Source: Dehalococcoidia bacterium
GTDB taxonomy: Bacteria > Chloroflexota > Dehalococcoidia > SHYD01 > SHYC01
Reading direction: 5' to 3'
DNA: 34,677 bases
Assembly: GCA_009693005.1 (NCBI GenBank)
Contig: SHYC01000002.1
Location: 1 to 34,677, forward strand
This document shows, piece after piece, positions 1 through 11,562 of this stretch (positions within the stretch are counted from its first letter, which is position 1; the number at the start of each line of letters is the position of its first letter). The notes under the pieces are model-generated. The model was not told the origin of the DNA. It saw nothing but the letters and a program-made list of their open reading frames with translations, and searched no databases. The translations under genes and the position numbers were made by a program.

Positions 1-317
1 AGGCGACGGGAGTAGCGATACTGAAGAAGGCGCTGGTGGAGCCGGCGCGGCGAATCGCGATAAATGCGGGACAGGAAGGGTCTGTGGTAGTGGCACGGAT
101 AATGGAGCTAGAGAAGGGCTGGGGATACAACGCAGCGACGGATGAGTATGTGGACATGGTGGCACATGGGATAATAGACCCTGCGAAGGTGACGAGGGCG
201 GCGTTGGAGAACGCGGCCAGCATCGCGGCGATGGTGCTGACGACCGAAGCTCTGGTCACCGACCTGCCGGAGAAGGCTGGGCCCGCTGCTCCTCCGATGC
301 CACAAATGGACTATTAG
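1..317 (+). CDS. groEL: Chaperonin GroEL (Cpn60), C-terminal fragment; 5' end outside the window
   Basis: Frame 3 is open from the window edge (..[56 protein letters not shown]..). It ends in a Pro/Met-rich tail (PPMPQMDY*) typical of GroEL. Stop TAG at 315-317. Confidence 0.95.
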   Translation, partial: ATGVAILKKALVEPARRIAINAGQEGSVVVARIMELEKGWGYNAATDEYVDMVAHGIIDPAKVTRAALENAASIAAMVLTTEALVTDLPEKAGPAAPPMPQMDY

Positions 318-333
318 ACCAAGACGGTATAGA

Positions 334-374
334 AAGTTAACTACCCTGCCTGTATTAGGCAGGGTAGTTAACTT
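334..374. terminator. Perfect 18-bp stem / 5-nt loop hairpin between convergent groEL and the 516-aa gene; likely (bidirectional) transcription terminator
   Basis: aagttaactaccctgcct (334-351) is the exact reverse complement of aggcagggtagttaactt (357-374). It lies 17 nt after the groEL stop and is followed by cttgtt. There is no long U-run, so its efficiency is uncertain. Confidence 0.6.
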
Positions 375-448
375 CTTGTTATAGGCCGAACCCTATTGTT
401 TCGACAATTACAGCTTCACTTTGAGCCTAGGTGTTGGGCAACTGAGGC

Positions 449-1999
449 TTAGTTCAGAGTGTCTGAGACGAGGGCGGATAGAAACTGGTCTTTGGCTTGT
501 TTTACAAGCTTATTCGCAAAGTTAAGACCATGCTGCCGACCAAGGTTGCCCAAGAACTCTCGGAAGCTCTGATTGAGTTCGTTTTGTGCGGCCTCCTTCT
601 CCGAAAGAAGCCTTGCTACCCCGTAGCTAGCCTCTAGTGTCACAAGATCCTCAAACTCTTCGATTGAGAGGAGATGATAAGGCTTGGCGTTGTTACTCAC
701 CGCAGGATCAATGTACTTTTCGCGAAGTATTGGAAGAGTATACAGAGGTTCTTTATACACCAAAAGTCGGTGCCATTTCTTGACCTTGTGGATCCCATAC
801 TGTGAGAACCTCGTGCCCAAATCTTCGATTGTTTGTGGAATCGCGTTGATCTTCCTAATGTATCTGTCCCTTAAGGAGCTTTCTAGCAACGCTGTATCAA
901 ACCCTGTCATTGCTGCGATAGATAGTGATCCAACCGTACATTCGATGGCTAAGCCAACCTCACCAAGTATAACTACCCAGTCAGGTCCTGCCATTTCTCC
1001 CAATGGCCCTGGATACCGAAGCTCAGGAATCACCGACGACCCAGGAAAGGCGGCCATAAGCTGTAAGCCAACATAGCGCTCAAAAATCTCCTTACCAAAA
1101 AAGTCGGCGAAGGGATTATAGGCTCCGACTCCCCGATAATGGTTTCTCAGTTCCCAATACGGTGCATCCTCAATACGCCAGACTAGCATATCCGGCACCG
1201 GTGCTATGAAACCAGAGCCATCAATCTCGATGAGAGGAGCTTCGAACAGCGGATTGTAGTCGTATCGTGCTAATCCGGTACCCACCAAGCTCTTCTCGGA
1301 AGCAATACGCCTAAACTGCTCTTGGTCTGCCGATGCAGTTTTCAGGAATGCTCGAACCTTATCAGGGACCAATAACTCCTGAATGCGGTCATTTAGCCTC
1401 GCCGTCCGAACTATAGTCGGGTAGAAGAAGGGGTTTTTATCTGGGTCGAATACTAGCGCGAACAGCAAGAACGCGATACCAAAATAATCTTCGACTGGCA
1501 GACCAAGTCTCGCTTGGATTTCCGCCTCGACATCGAACCGAGGATACTCAAGTTCCCTTGGAATGTCTCTATAGAGTATTATAGCGCGCCCGATGGCGCG
1601 CCCGATGTCTTTTTGATACCAGCCTTGCTCGTAGAATATCTGAAGGAGAGTTACTAGGCCGTCAGCAGGCTCATACAGTTCTGACACGATTCTTAGAATT
1701 CTAAGGAACCGCCCATCAGAAAGAGTTCCACTCCCGAGTCGTGAACCTACTAATAGGGAGATACGAACGATGAGAGCGGGATAGAACAGGGTTACTGCAA
1801 TCCGCCTTTCTATCCCGAATCGGTCAAGATGGCTTGGCACGGTCATCAGAAGCGGCTCGCTCCTTCCGGCAAGTTCCAAGGACAGCTTCCGACATTGAAT
1901 TAGAACGTCCGCTGGCCGATACTGACGAACCTCGCGTATCAGGTCGTCCATGGATGAGACTGGGATCATTGGACTATTTGGACGGTCTTCGGTTGTCAT
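449..1999 (-). CDS. Hypothetical protein, 516 aa, no family recognised (soluble, no TM segments)
   Basis: It is by far the longest ORF in this stretch. ATG at 1999 with GAAGGG just upstream, and ordinary amino-acid composition. The antisense ORFs are short. Residues ~300-355 (FGKEIFERYV..GPDWVVILGEVGLAIECT) look only vaguely PD-(D/E)xK-like. Confidence 0.75.
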   Translation of the reverse strand: MTTEDRPNSPMIPVSSMDDLIREVRQYRPADVLIQCRKLSLELAGRSEPLLMTVPSHLDRFGIERRIAVTLFYPALIVRISLLVGSRLGSGTLSDGRFLRILRIVSELYEPADGLVTLLQIFYEQGWYQKDIGRAIGRAIILYRDIPRELEYPRFDVEAEIQARLGLPVEDYFGIAFLLFALVFDPDKNPFFYPTIVRTARLNDRIQELLVPDKVRAFLKTASADQEQFRRIASEKSLVGTGLARYDYNPLFEAPLIEIDGSGFIAPVPDMLVWRIEDAPYWELRNHYRGVGAYNPFADFFGKEIFERYVGLQLMAAFPGSSVIPELRYPGPLGEMAGPDWVVILGEVGLAIECTVGSLSIAAMTGFDTALLESSLRDRYIRKINAIPQTIEDLGTRFSQYGIHKVKKWHRLLVYKEPLYTLPILREKYIDPAVSNNAKPYHLLSIEEFEDLVTLEASYGVARLLSEKEAAQNELNQSFREFLGNLGRQHGLNFANKLVKQAKDQFLSALVSDTLN

Positions 2000-2188
2000 T
2001 GCCCTTCAATCTGGGGAGGTGGTCGGGAGTCTTGCTAGTCACAGAAAAATCCGCACTCTTACCGGTAGTCAATGAATGGCCCGGGGCTGCTGCCCCGACA
2101 ATTTCCAAGGCATTGACACTCAGTTCGAGGCCGATGCCACTAACCGTGAAGTCGAGACCGCTTTGCACGCAGCCCTTATTAGTCATCT

Positions 2189-3454
2189 TCACAGTCTCAA
2201 CAGCGACGTGAACCTGCCCTTGCCTCTGTACGGCCCAACAATCGCTAAATTCAGCTTCTCCGGAACGAAGAGGGCGTTGGATACGCGAGTTACATCATCG
2301 ACCGTTACTGCATCTACCTGCTCTACTACTTCGTCGACGGTGTATGCCTTGTCCAGAAGGATCTCCTGGCCGCCCATCCATCCCGAGACGCTCCGGCTGT
2401 CTTCCATCCTGAGAAGAAGTCTGCCCTTGCTTATCTTCTTTGCCTTGGTTAGCTCCTCCTCAGATAAGCCCTCTCTTATCTGCCCCACCTGCTCCAGTAC
2501 CGCGGAAATGGCTGGAGTGATGTTCTTGGGGTCTACACCGGCGTAGATAACTACCGCGCCGGAGTCCAGGAAATGGCTTATGTAGCTGTGGATGTCGTAT
2601 GCAAGCCCGCGTTTGTCCCTGATTTCCAAAAACAAGCGGCTGCTCATACCCTCGCCAAATATCACGTTCAACAGGTCAAGGGCGTAGCGGTCTGGGTTAA
2701 AGCTGGAGATTCCTCTAACTGCCAGGCAGAAGTGAGCCTGTTCAGACTTACGGAAGTTGACCTCTACCTTGGGCATACGCTGTGAATCATCGGCAGGATC
2801 CCAGTCTCTAACCCCTGGCCCGGAATGCCACTTTGGTTTAGCCGCGCTAATTGCTGACATGACATCGTCTTCCGTTACTGCGCCGGCCACGCTGATCACG
2901 ATGTTGGAAGGCACATACCGCTGCTCCTGGTAGCTGATAAGGTCATCACGGCTAATGGCGCTCACGGTTTCCCTGCTTCCTGCTACATCCCTTCCCAGGG
3001 GGTGATCCGGCCACATCACCTTGTCTATCAGCAGCTCCACCAGTTCATAAGGTGAATCCTGGACCGCACTAAGCTCTTCGATGACAACCCCACGCTCCTT
3101 TTCTATGTCCTCAGGATCGAATCTTGAGTTGTGCAGCATATCCAAGAGCAGGTCCATAGCCTCCTCGAAGTGGGGCCTTGCAACTTTGCACCAAAATACC
3201 GTGTATTCTCTATCCGTGGCAGCGTTCAAAACGCCGCCAACTCCTTCGATGACGTCCGAGATCTCCTTTGGGGTGGGGCGACTGTCGGTGCCCTTAAAAA
3301 GCATGTGTTCGATAAAATGTGAGATGCCCGCCTTTTCCGGGACTTCATACCGGGAGCCCACGCCGACAAAGATCGAGATGCAGACCGATTTAGTGTGCAT
3401 CATCGGCGACGTCATGACCCGCAGTCCATTGTCTAATACTCTCTTGGTGAACAA
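2189..3454 (-). CDS. M16 (pitrilysin-family) zinc peptidase
   Basis: Inverted zinc motif HxxEH in GISHFIEHMLFKGT, with two-domain M16 length. The ORF track starts at TTG 3496, but TTG 3452-3454 is preceded by AAAGGAGAG (5-nt spacer). That start gives the typical N-terminus (L)FTKRVLDNGLRV, so I prefer it. Stop TGA at 2189-2191. Confidence 0.9.
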   Translation of the reverse strand: MFTKRVLDNGLRVMTSPMMHTKSVCISIFVGVGSRYEVPEKAGISHFIEHMLFKGTDSRPTPKEISDVIEGVGGVLNAATDREYTVFWCKVARPHFEEAMDLLLDMLHNSRFDPEDIEKERGVVIEELSAVQDSPYELVELLIDKVMWPDHPLGRDVAGSRETVSAISRDDLISYQEQRYVPSNIVISVAGAVTEDDVMSAISAAKPKWHSGPGVRDWDPADDSQRMPKVEVNFRKSEQAHFCLAVRGISSFNPDRYALDLLNVIFGEGMSSRLFLEIRDKRGLAYDIHSYISHFLDSGAVVIYAGVDPKNITPAISAVLEQVGQIREGLSEEELTKAKKISKGRLLLRMEDSRSVSGWMGGQEILLDKAYTVDEVVEQVDAVTVDDVTRVSNALFVPEKLNLAIVGPYRGKGRFTSLLRL

Positions 3455-3735
3455 TAACTCTCCTTTTAGGTAACGAAATACAAACTCCGAGATCAATTCT
3501 AAGTACGCCGTAGTAACTAGTCAAAAGAGTGAGGTTTCACGTCTCACTCCACCTCACTGTCACGGATTCTACAGTTGAGCCTATCTTTATTACTGTGCTA
3601 TTCTTACACCGACGGCAAACTCTCGGATTCGGGAGTTACTTCCCTCAGCAATTATTACCGTTTGGCGTTCGAGCGGCCGCGTTCGCGCAGAAAGTAATGC
3701 AATTCAGAATTTCAGATTAGGGGGCTTTACAAACC

Positions 3736-5154
3736 ATGACTGCAACCGGAATGACCAGGACCGAGAGGGACTCCATGGGGCCTATGGAGGTGCCGGCAGA
3801 GGCATATTTTGGCGCATCTACCATGAGGGCTGTCCTAAATTTCCCCATCAGCACTCTTCGATTTCCCAGGACTTTTATACGCGCCCTGGCGCTCATCAAG
3901 CTGGCTGCCGCCCAGACCAATCAGGAGCTTGGGCTGCTGGACGCCCACATTGCCGAAGCCATAACCAGAGCCGCGGGAGAGGTGGCTGACGGGCGTCACG
4001 ACGACCAGTTTGTGGTCGATATATTTCAGACCGGCTCCGGCACCTCCACCAATATGAACGCAAACGAAGTCATAGCCAACCGGGCAGCAGAGATAATGGG
4101 TGGCGCAAAGGGTTCTCGTCTGGTCCATCCCAACGACCAGGTTAATCTGGGCCAGTCCTCCAACGACGTCATACCAACCGCTATCCATCTGTCCGCTCTT
4201 ATCGCTATCCAGACGGAACTGCTACCGGCGCTGTCCAAGCTCCATAAGGAGTTGGAGGCCAAGGCCGAAGAGTTCATGCCTATCATAAAGACGGGCAGGA
4301 CTCATCTTCAGGATGCGACGCCCATACGTCTGGGGCAGGAGTTTCTCGGTTACGCCGGACAGGTGGAACGCGGGATGAGGCGTCTGGAGTATGCGAAAGA
4401 GGAGTTGTCGGAAGTGGCTTTGGGCGGCACCGCAGTTGGCACTGGAGTTAACACCCATCCCGAGTTTGCTGACCGTACCTGCGAGAAGCTCTCCAACATG
4501 ACCGGCGTTACCGTCAAGGAGACTACCAACCATTTTCAGGCCCAGAACGCCCTGGATGGAGCTGTAGCCGCCAGCGGCGTACTCCGAACCATATCGGTAA
4601 GCCTCCTGAAAATAGCGAACGACATCAGATGGCTGGGCTCCGGGCCGCGTGCCGGCATCGGAGAACTTGCCCTGCCCGAAGTACAGCCCGGTAGCTCGAT
4701 AATGCCCGGCAAGGTCAACCCGGTGATCCCGGAGTCGCTAATCCAAGTATGCGCACACGTCATGGGCAACGACCTGGCGGTGACGCTGGGGGGACAGTGG
4801 GGGTTCTTCGAGCTTAACATGATGATGCCTTTGGTGGGGTATAACCTGCTGCAGTCTGTCTCTCTGCTGGCCAGCGCGGTGGACAACTTCGCCGAGCAGT
4901 GTGTCAAGGGTATACAGGCCACCGAAAAAGGGCCTGAGATGGTAGAGAGGGGACTCGCCATCTGCACTGGTCTGGCCCCCATCATTGGCTACGACGCTGC
5001 CGCAGATATGGCCAAAGAGGCGGCCAAGACTGGTAGGACCATTTATGAGGTGGCAAGGGAGCGGACAAGCCTGTCGGAGGAGGAACTGCGAAAGGCCCTG
5101 GACCCGGCAGCCATGACGGAACCCGGTCTCGGCTCCGGTGTCGCCGTAGGGTGA
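3736..5154 (+). CDS. fumC: Class II fumarate hydratase (fumarase C)
   Basis: Fumarate-lyase signature GSSIMPGKVNP, FumC-type QTGSGTSTNMNANEVIANRA and SSNDVIPTA, and N-terminal ..ERDSMGPMEVPAEAYFGA.. AGGGGG lies upstream of the ATG. Confidence 0.93.
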   Translation: MTATGMTRTERDSMGPMEVPAEAYFGASTMRAVLNFPISTLRFPRTFIRALALIKLAAAQTNQELGLLDAHIAEAITRAAGEVADGRHDDQFVVDIFQTGSGTSTNMNANEVIANRAAEIMGGAKGSRLVHPNDQVNLGQSSNDVIPTAIHLSALIAIQTELLPALSKLHKELEAKAEEFMPIIKTGRTHLQDATPIRLGQEFLGYAGQVERGMRRLEYAKEELSEVALGGTAVGTGVNTHPEFADRTCEKLSNMTGVTVKETTNHFQAQNALDGAVAASGVLRTISVSLLKIANDIRWLGSGPRAGIGELALPEVQPGSSIMPGKVNPVIPESLIQVCAHVMGNDLAVTLGGQWGFFELNMMMPLVGYNLLQSVSLLASAVDNFAEQCVKGIQATEKGPEMVERGLAICTGLAPIIGYDAAADMAKEAAKTGRTIYEVARERTSLSEEELRKALDPAAMTEPGLGSGVAVG

Positions 5155-5284
5155 GAGTCGCTCACGCAGGGTTCGCAGCGCTACCTGGTGAGCCCGACAA
5201 ATGTTCCAAAATTGGCTGGTTTGAGTAGGCAGTGAAGGTGAAAATTTTAACAAGAAATGATATACTACGCTCGTATTGCACTCT

Positions 5285-6328
5285 ATGAGCACAGCTAAAC
5301 CGCCAGGCATTATCGATACCCTTTCCCTGGGCTTCTCCGTACTGAACAGACACTTGTGGCTTCTGGCTATACCTGTGGTCTTGGAACTGTTCGTTTCCTT
5401 CGGACCCAAAGTTACAGCCGGGCCAGTAGTGCAGCAGGCCCTTGTTCTCTACAGGGAGTCTTTACAGTCAATGTCTCCTGAACTTCGTAATGCAACCGGC
5501 GTGGTGAACGTACAGGACATGGACGCCAGGGTAGAGGAGGCTGTGCAGCCCATTGGCTCTTTTAATTTGTTATCGTTGTTTCTTTGGCAGGCGCCTTCCA
5601 TGGCGGGCGGCTCCCTGGAATATATCGCCGGCTCCATGGCCTTTGAAGTATCCGACTTCCCCAGCCTGGTCTTAACCGTACTGTTTTGTCTGGCTCTGGG
5701 GCTGTTGGCCGCCGCGGTTTATCTCACTGCCGTAGCGATGCCTGTACTGTCTGCGGAGGTGCCGCGCCCGGTCGAAAGCGCCGCCCCGAGCTTGTTGAGC
5801 GGCACAGCCGTGGGGCTCCTCCGAAGCGAGCGATTCGGACCGGTTGGATTTTATCGACGGCTTCAGAGCAACTGGCTCAGGCTTATGGCTTATTACAGCC
5901 TTATGGCTGTTACGCTGGCCATAATAGGTGGCGTAGTTACAATGGTGATAGGAGCGGTGAGTCTCTTGAGTCAGGGAGCTGGCTCGATGCTGGTGGGCAT
6001 AGCCTCGACCATCGGCCTCATGGCAATGATGTACTTATTTTTTGCAGACGAGGCAATAGTTATCGGAGGCTTGGGACCGGTAGCCGCGGCCCGAAGCAGC
6101 CTGGCCTTGGTGTATAAGAACTACTGGTCCTCGCTCGGGCTGGCGGTGTTGACCACCATAATCTTGGCTGGGACTCATTTGGTATGGATGGCCCTATCAG
6201 TCAACGCGGTTGGCGCAGTCGTAGGCATATTGGGGAATGCCTACATATCTACCGGAATAACCGCCGCAATAATGGTGTTTTTTAAAGATAGGGCTGTTGT
6301 TTTTCAGAGGGCAGCCGTCCTTGGGTAA
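5285..6328 (+). CDS. Polytopic integral membrane protein, function unknown
   Basis: Multiple long hydrophobic spans (LWLLAIPVVLELFV, LVLTVLFCLALGLLAAAVYL, MAYYSLMAVTLAIIGGVV.., etc.). Start is ATG 5285, with an in-frame TTG at 5276 also possible. An extended -10-like TGATATACT sits at 5258-5266. Confidence 0.7.
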   Translation: MSTAKPPGIIDTLSLGFSVLNRHLWLLAIPVVLELFVSFGPKVTAGPVVQQALVLYRESLQSMSPELRNATGVVNVQDMDARVEEAVQPIGSFNLLSLFLWQAPSMAGGSLEYIAGSMAFEVSDFPSLVLTVLFCLALGLLAAAVYLTAVAMPVLSAEVPRPVESAAPSLLSGTAVGLLRSERFGPVGFYRRLQSNWLRLMAYYSLMAVTLAIIGGVVTMVIGAVSLLSQGAGSMLVGIASTIGLMAMMYLFFADEAIVIGGLGPVAAARSSLALVYKNYWSSLGLAVLTTIILAGTHLVWMALSVNAVGAVVGILGNAYISTGITAAIMVFFKDRAVVFQRAAVLG

Positions 6329-6404
6329 CAGCCGGACGATTTTAGCGTAAGTATCTTTATAGTATAGTGATTTACACGAACGTTCTGTCGATAGAATAAT
6401 TTAG

Positions 6405-8333
<1,929 letters not shown>

Positions 8334-8429
8334 GTACAACATTAGGAGAACAGAGGTGATTTGCTCCCTTGGCGGGGGCTTCATCGGGTGTTCCGCGCGG
8401 CTATGATATCCCGACGGGATTCCTTGACC

Positions 8430-8458
8430 TTGACACTCGCAATACGCTCTGTTATAGT
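8430..8458 (+). promoter_or_regulatory. Sigma-70-like promoter for the cta operon (TTGACA-17 nt-TATAGT)
   Basis: ttgaca at 8430-8435 and tatagt at 8453-8458 with exactly 17-nt spacing, ~60 nt upstream of the ctaC ATG. A 7-bp hairpin (8485-8491 / 8497-8503) lies in the predicted 5' UTR. Confidence 0.5.
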
Positions 8459-8518
8459 CACTTTCGTAAAAATTTCACAAAGTCTTAACCCGGCTGGGGT
8501 TAATGTCGAGAGGAAATA

Positions 8519-9592
8519 ATGGCTGTACTTAAACGCTGCCCGATTCCGCCTCTTTTGCCGCTGGTAATTATTCTATCCTTCTTGTTAGCCGGGTGCATTT
8601 CAGATGACCCAATGTCTACCTTTTCCCGTGACGGCAGCGCTGCCTCTCTTGAGTTAGACTTGTTTGCCCTTATCTGGTGGTTGATGGTAGCGGTGTTCGT
8701 TGTGTTGGAGGGAGTACTTCTCTATGTAGTTCTCCGGTATCGCAAACGGCCCGGCCAGGAAGATGTTCTGCCGGTACAAACTCATGGAAACACCAAGCTT
8801 GAAATAGCATGGACGATTGCTCCGGCTTTGGTCCTGGTGGCGCTGATGTTTCCCACGATACAAGGGCTGGGGATCCTCTCCGAGAAGCATGGCGGGGACG
8901 CGATAAATGTTAAAGTGATTGGACATCAGTGGTGGTGGGAGTTTCAATACCCCGATTATGGAACAAACCCGCAAGGTCAGCCATTAGTAGTAACAGCCAA
9001 TGAGATGCACATTCCCGCAGGCAAGAAGGTCAACCTGGCGCTCGAGTCTGCCGATGTAATCCACAGCTTCTGGGTACCAAGGCTGGCCGGCAAGACCGAC
9101 CTTATCCCGAATCACCACAATACTATGTGGATAGACGCCAAGAATCCGGGAGAGTACTATGGCCAGTGCGCTGAGTTTTGCGGCACTGAGCATGGCATGA
9201 TGAAGCTCAGGGTAATTGCAGATACCCAGGGAGAATTTGAAGCCTGGGTCAGCGCACAGAAGTCGCCCCAACCCGCTGCCACCGGAGTTGCGGCCCAAGG
9301 CGCAACTCTATTCTTGACAAAGGGATGTATCGCCTGTCATACAATTGCGGGCAACCCTGCAGCTCAGGGGAAAATTGGCCCGAACCTAACCCACGTCGGC
9401 AGTCGCACTACGGTAGTTGCTGGATTCTTCGAGAACAATACGGAGAATTTAACCAAATGGATCCAAAATCCTGATAGCTTGAAGTCCGGCAACATTATGG
9501 GACGAGACGCGCCGGTTTATAAAGTGCCTGAACTGGCTATGACTGACGAGGATGTAAAAATGTTGGTGGCGTATATGCAAAGCCTGAAATAA
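8519..9592 (+). CDS. ctaC: Cytochrome c oxidase subunit II with fused C-terminal cytochrome c domain (caa3-type)
   Basis: CuA site HSFWVP..CAEFCGTEHGMM, heme c motif CIACH near the C-terminus, a lipobox-like LLAGC, and two N-terminal TM helices. GAGAGGA RBS. Confidence 0.95.
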   Translation: MAVLKRCPIPPLLPLVIILSFLLAGCISDDPMSTFSRDGSAASLELDLFALIWWLMVAVFVVLEGVLLYVVLRYRKRPGQEDVLPVQTHGNTKLEIAWTIAPALVLVALMFPTIQGLGILSEKHGGDAINVKVIGHQWWWEFQYPDYGTNPQGQPLVVTANEMHIPAGKKVNLALESADVIHSFWVPRLAGKTDLIPNHHNTMWIDAKNPGEYYGQCAEFCGTEHGMMKLRVIADTQGEFEAWVSAQKSPQPAATGVAAQGATLFLTKGCIACHTIAGNPAAQGKIGPNLTHVGSRTTVVAGFFENNTENLTKWIQNPDSLKSGNIMGRDAPVYKVPELAMTDEDVKMLVAYMQSLK

Positions 9593-9668
9593 ACCTCGTA
9601 TTGAGCTGGAAAGCTTTGCCTTTTCTAAGTGAATAATAAATACATAACCCAATGGTGGAGGCTATCCT

Positions 9669-11543
9669 ATGGCTACCGTAACCGGAACGATGGGCGGCGT
9701 TTTGCCCAGACCTTCGATCCATACTACTGGATTCTGGAGCTGGGTTACCACAGTTGACCACAAACGAATAGGGGTGTTGTACGGTGTAACGGCCTTCACC
9801 TTCTTTTTGATAGGTGGGATTGAGGCCCTTGCCGTTCGCGCTCAGTTGGCGAGGCCGGAACAAGGTATGTTACAGCCGGCACTGTATAATCAACTCTTTA
9901 CAATGCACGCCCTCACTATGATCTTTCTATCGGTTATGCCTCTGGGCGTGGCTTTCTTCAATATCGTAGTGCCTCTCCAAATAGGCGCCAGAGACGTGGC
10001 CTTTCCACGTCTTAACGCTTTAAGCTACTGGCTGTTCCTCTTCGGCGGGATTTTGCTAAACGCTGGATGGCTGTTTGGCGGCTCTCCCGACGTGGGTTGG
10101 TTTGCCTATTCCAATCTCACCGGCACGGACTACTCGATGGGCGCAGGGATGAACTATTACGTTACCGGGCTTCAGGTGCTGGGCGTAGCCTCGGTTGCGG
10201 GCGCTTTAAACTTTATTGTCACGATAGTCAATATGAGAGCGCCAGGCATGTCTATGATGAGGTTGCCTGTTTTTACCTGGATGACCCTTATAGTCTCGAT
10301 CCTGCTGGTAACGGCGATGCCGGTTATCTCCATTGCTCTTATTGAGCTGACCTTTGATAGGTTATTCGGAACTAACTTCTTTAACCCGGCTCTTGGTGGC
10401 GACCCGATCCTCTGGCAGCACCTCTTCTGGGTCTTTGGTCACCCGGAGGTGTACATACTGATACTGCCGGCCATGGGAATAGTATCAGAGGTGCTGCCGA
10501 CCTTCGCTAGGAAACCTCTTTTTGGATACGCCTTCGTTATTTACTCGGGCATTGTCATTGGCTTCATGGGATGGGGCGTTTGGGCCCATCACATGTTCAT
10601 AACGGGGCTCGGACCGGTTGCCAACGCCGTGTTCGCCTTAAGCACTATGCTTATTGCCATTCCGACGGCTGTCAAGATCTTCAACTGGATTGGCACGTTG
10701 TGGGGCGGGCAAATAGAGATGAAAACTCCCGTCTACTTCTCTATCGGGTTTGTCGCCGTCTTTATAGTAGGCGGTCTCAGTGGAGTTTCTCACGCCGCGA
10801 CCCCATCAGACTTCCAGCAGTCAGACACCTACTACATAGTCGCGCACCTGCATTACGTGCTTTTCGGGGGCGCTATATTCGGCCTCTTTTCCGGAATATA
10901 CTACTGGTTCCCAAAAGTCACGGGTCGGATGATGGGGGAGACACTGGGTAAATGGCACTTCTGGCTCATGTTTATTGGAATGAACCTTACTTTTGGTCCC
11001 ATGCACTGGCTTGGCTTGAACGGCATGCCCAGACGCATATATACCTACCCCTCCGGAATGGGCTGGGACTTCTGGAATCTGGTAGCTACTATTAGCTCTT
11101 ACTTGATAGCCATATCTATGCTCATATTCTTGCACAACGTCTTTAGAAGCCTGCGGAAGGGACCCCGTGCAGGCAACGATCCCTGGAACGCCAGGACCTT
11201 GGAGTGGTCTATTCCTTCACCGCCACCGGTTTATAACTTCGCTGAAATACCGGTAGTCCTCGCTAGAGACGCTTACTGGGAGCAGAAGTATGGAAGCGGC
11301 CACGAGAATGGACAGGCGCACGCGGCCACTAGTGAGCATGTTAGCGAAGGGCAATATGGCGCCGCGGCGGATGAGCGCCACGATATCCACATGCCGTGGC
11401 CCTCTTACTGGCCGCTCATCACCGCATTTGGGCTTTTTGTCGTGTTTGCCGGACTGCTGGTCAACGTGGTGTTCGCCGCTTTAGGAGTATTGATACTGTT
11501 CTACGGTGTCTACGGCTGGGCTTTAGAGCCGGTAGCTGAATAA
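9669..11543 (+). CDS. ctaD: Cytochrome c oxidase subunit I
   Basis: WVFGHPEVYILILPAMG, HHMFITG and VAHLHYVLFGG heme-copper oxidase motifs. 624 aa with a C-terminal two-helix extension (HMPWPSYWPL..). GGTGGAGG RBS. Confidence 0.97.
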   Translation: MATVTGTMGGVLPRPSIHTTGFWSWVTTVDHKRIGVLYGVTAFTFFLIGGIEALAVRAQLARPEQGMLQPALYNQLFTMHALTMIFLSVMPLGVAFFNIVVPLQIGARDVAFPRLNALSYWLFLFGGILLNAGWLFGGSPDVGWFAYSNLTGTDYSMGAGMNYYVTGLQVLGVASVAGALNFIVTIVNMRAPGMSMMRLPVFTWMTLIVSILLVTAMPVISIALIELTFDRLFGTNFFNPALGGDPILWQHLFWVFGHPEVYILILPAMGIVSEVLPTFARKPLFGYAFVIYSGIVIGFMGWGVWAHHMFITGLGPVANAVFALSTMLIAIPTAVKIFNWIGTLWGGQIEMKTPVYFSIGFVAVFIVGGLSGVSHAATPSDFQQSDTYYIVAHLHYVLFGGAIFGLFSGIYYWFPKVTGRMMGETLGKWHFWLMFIGMNLTFGPMHWLGLNGMPRRIYTYPSGMGWDFWNLVATISSYLIAISMLIFLHNVFRSLRKGPRAGNDPWNARTLEWSIPSPPPVYNFAEIPVVLARDAYWEQKYGSGHENGQAHAATSEHVSEGQYGAAADERHDIHMPWPSYWPLITAFGLFVVFAGLLVNVVFAALGVLILFYGVYGWALEPVAE

Positions 11544-11562
11544 CGGAGAGAGGGACTTAATA

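Noticed and set aside
449-1999. Idea that the orphan 516-aa gene is a low-GC genomic islet
   Set aside because: Hand counts of two 100-nt samples gave 49% and 51% GC, the same as gyrB (50%) and the M1 peptidase (50%). There is no compositional anomaly.
402-2103. Shared 8-mer cgacaatt (402-409 and 2096-2103) flanking the 516-aa gene as a possible target-site duplication
   Set aside because: An 8-mer match between two ~150-nt flanks is expected by chance at roughly a one-in-three level. No inverted repeats or recombinase accompany it.
3529-3720. 63-aa ORF in the M16/fumC divergent intergenic region
   Set aside because: It has no RBS and a hydrophobic, noise-like translation. It would occupy the entire promoter region of two divergent genes.
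4738-5409. 223-aa ORF antisense to the 3' end of fumC and the start of the membrane protein gene
   Set aside because: It overlaps two well-supported genes on the other strand and has a noise-like composition.
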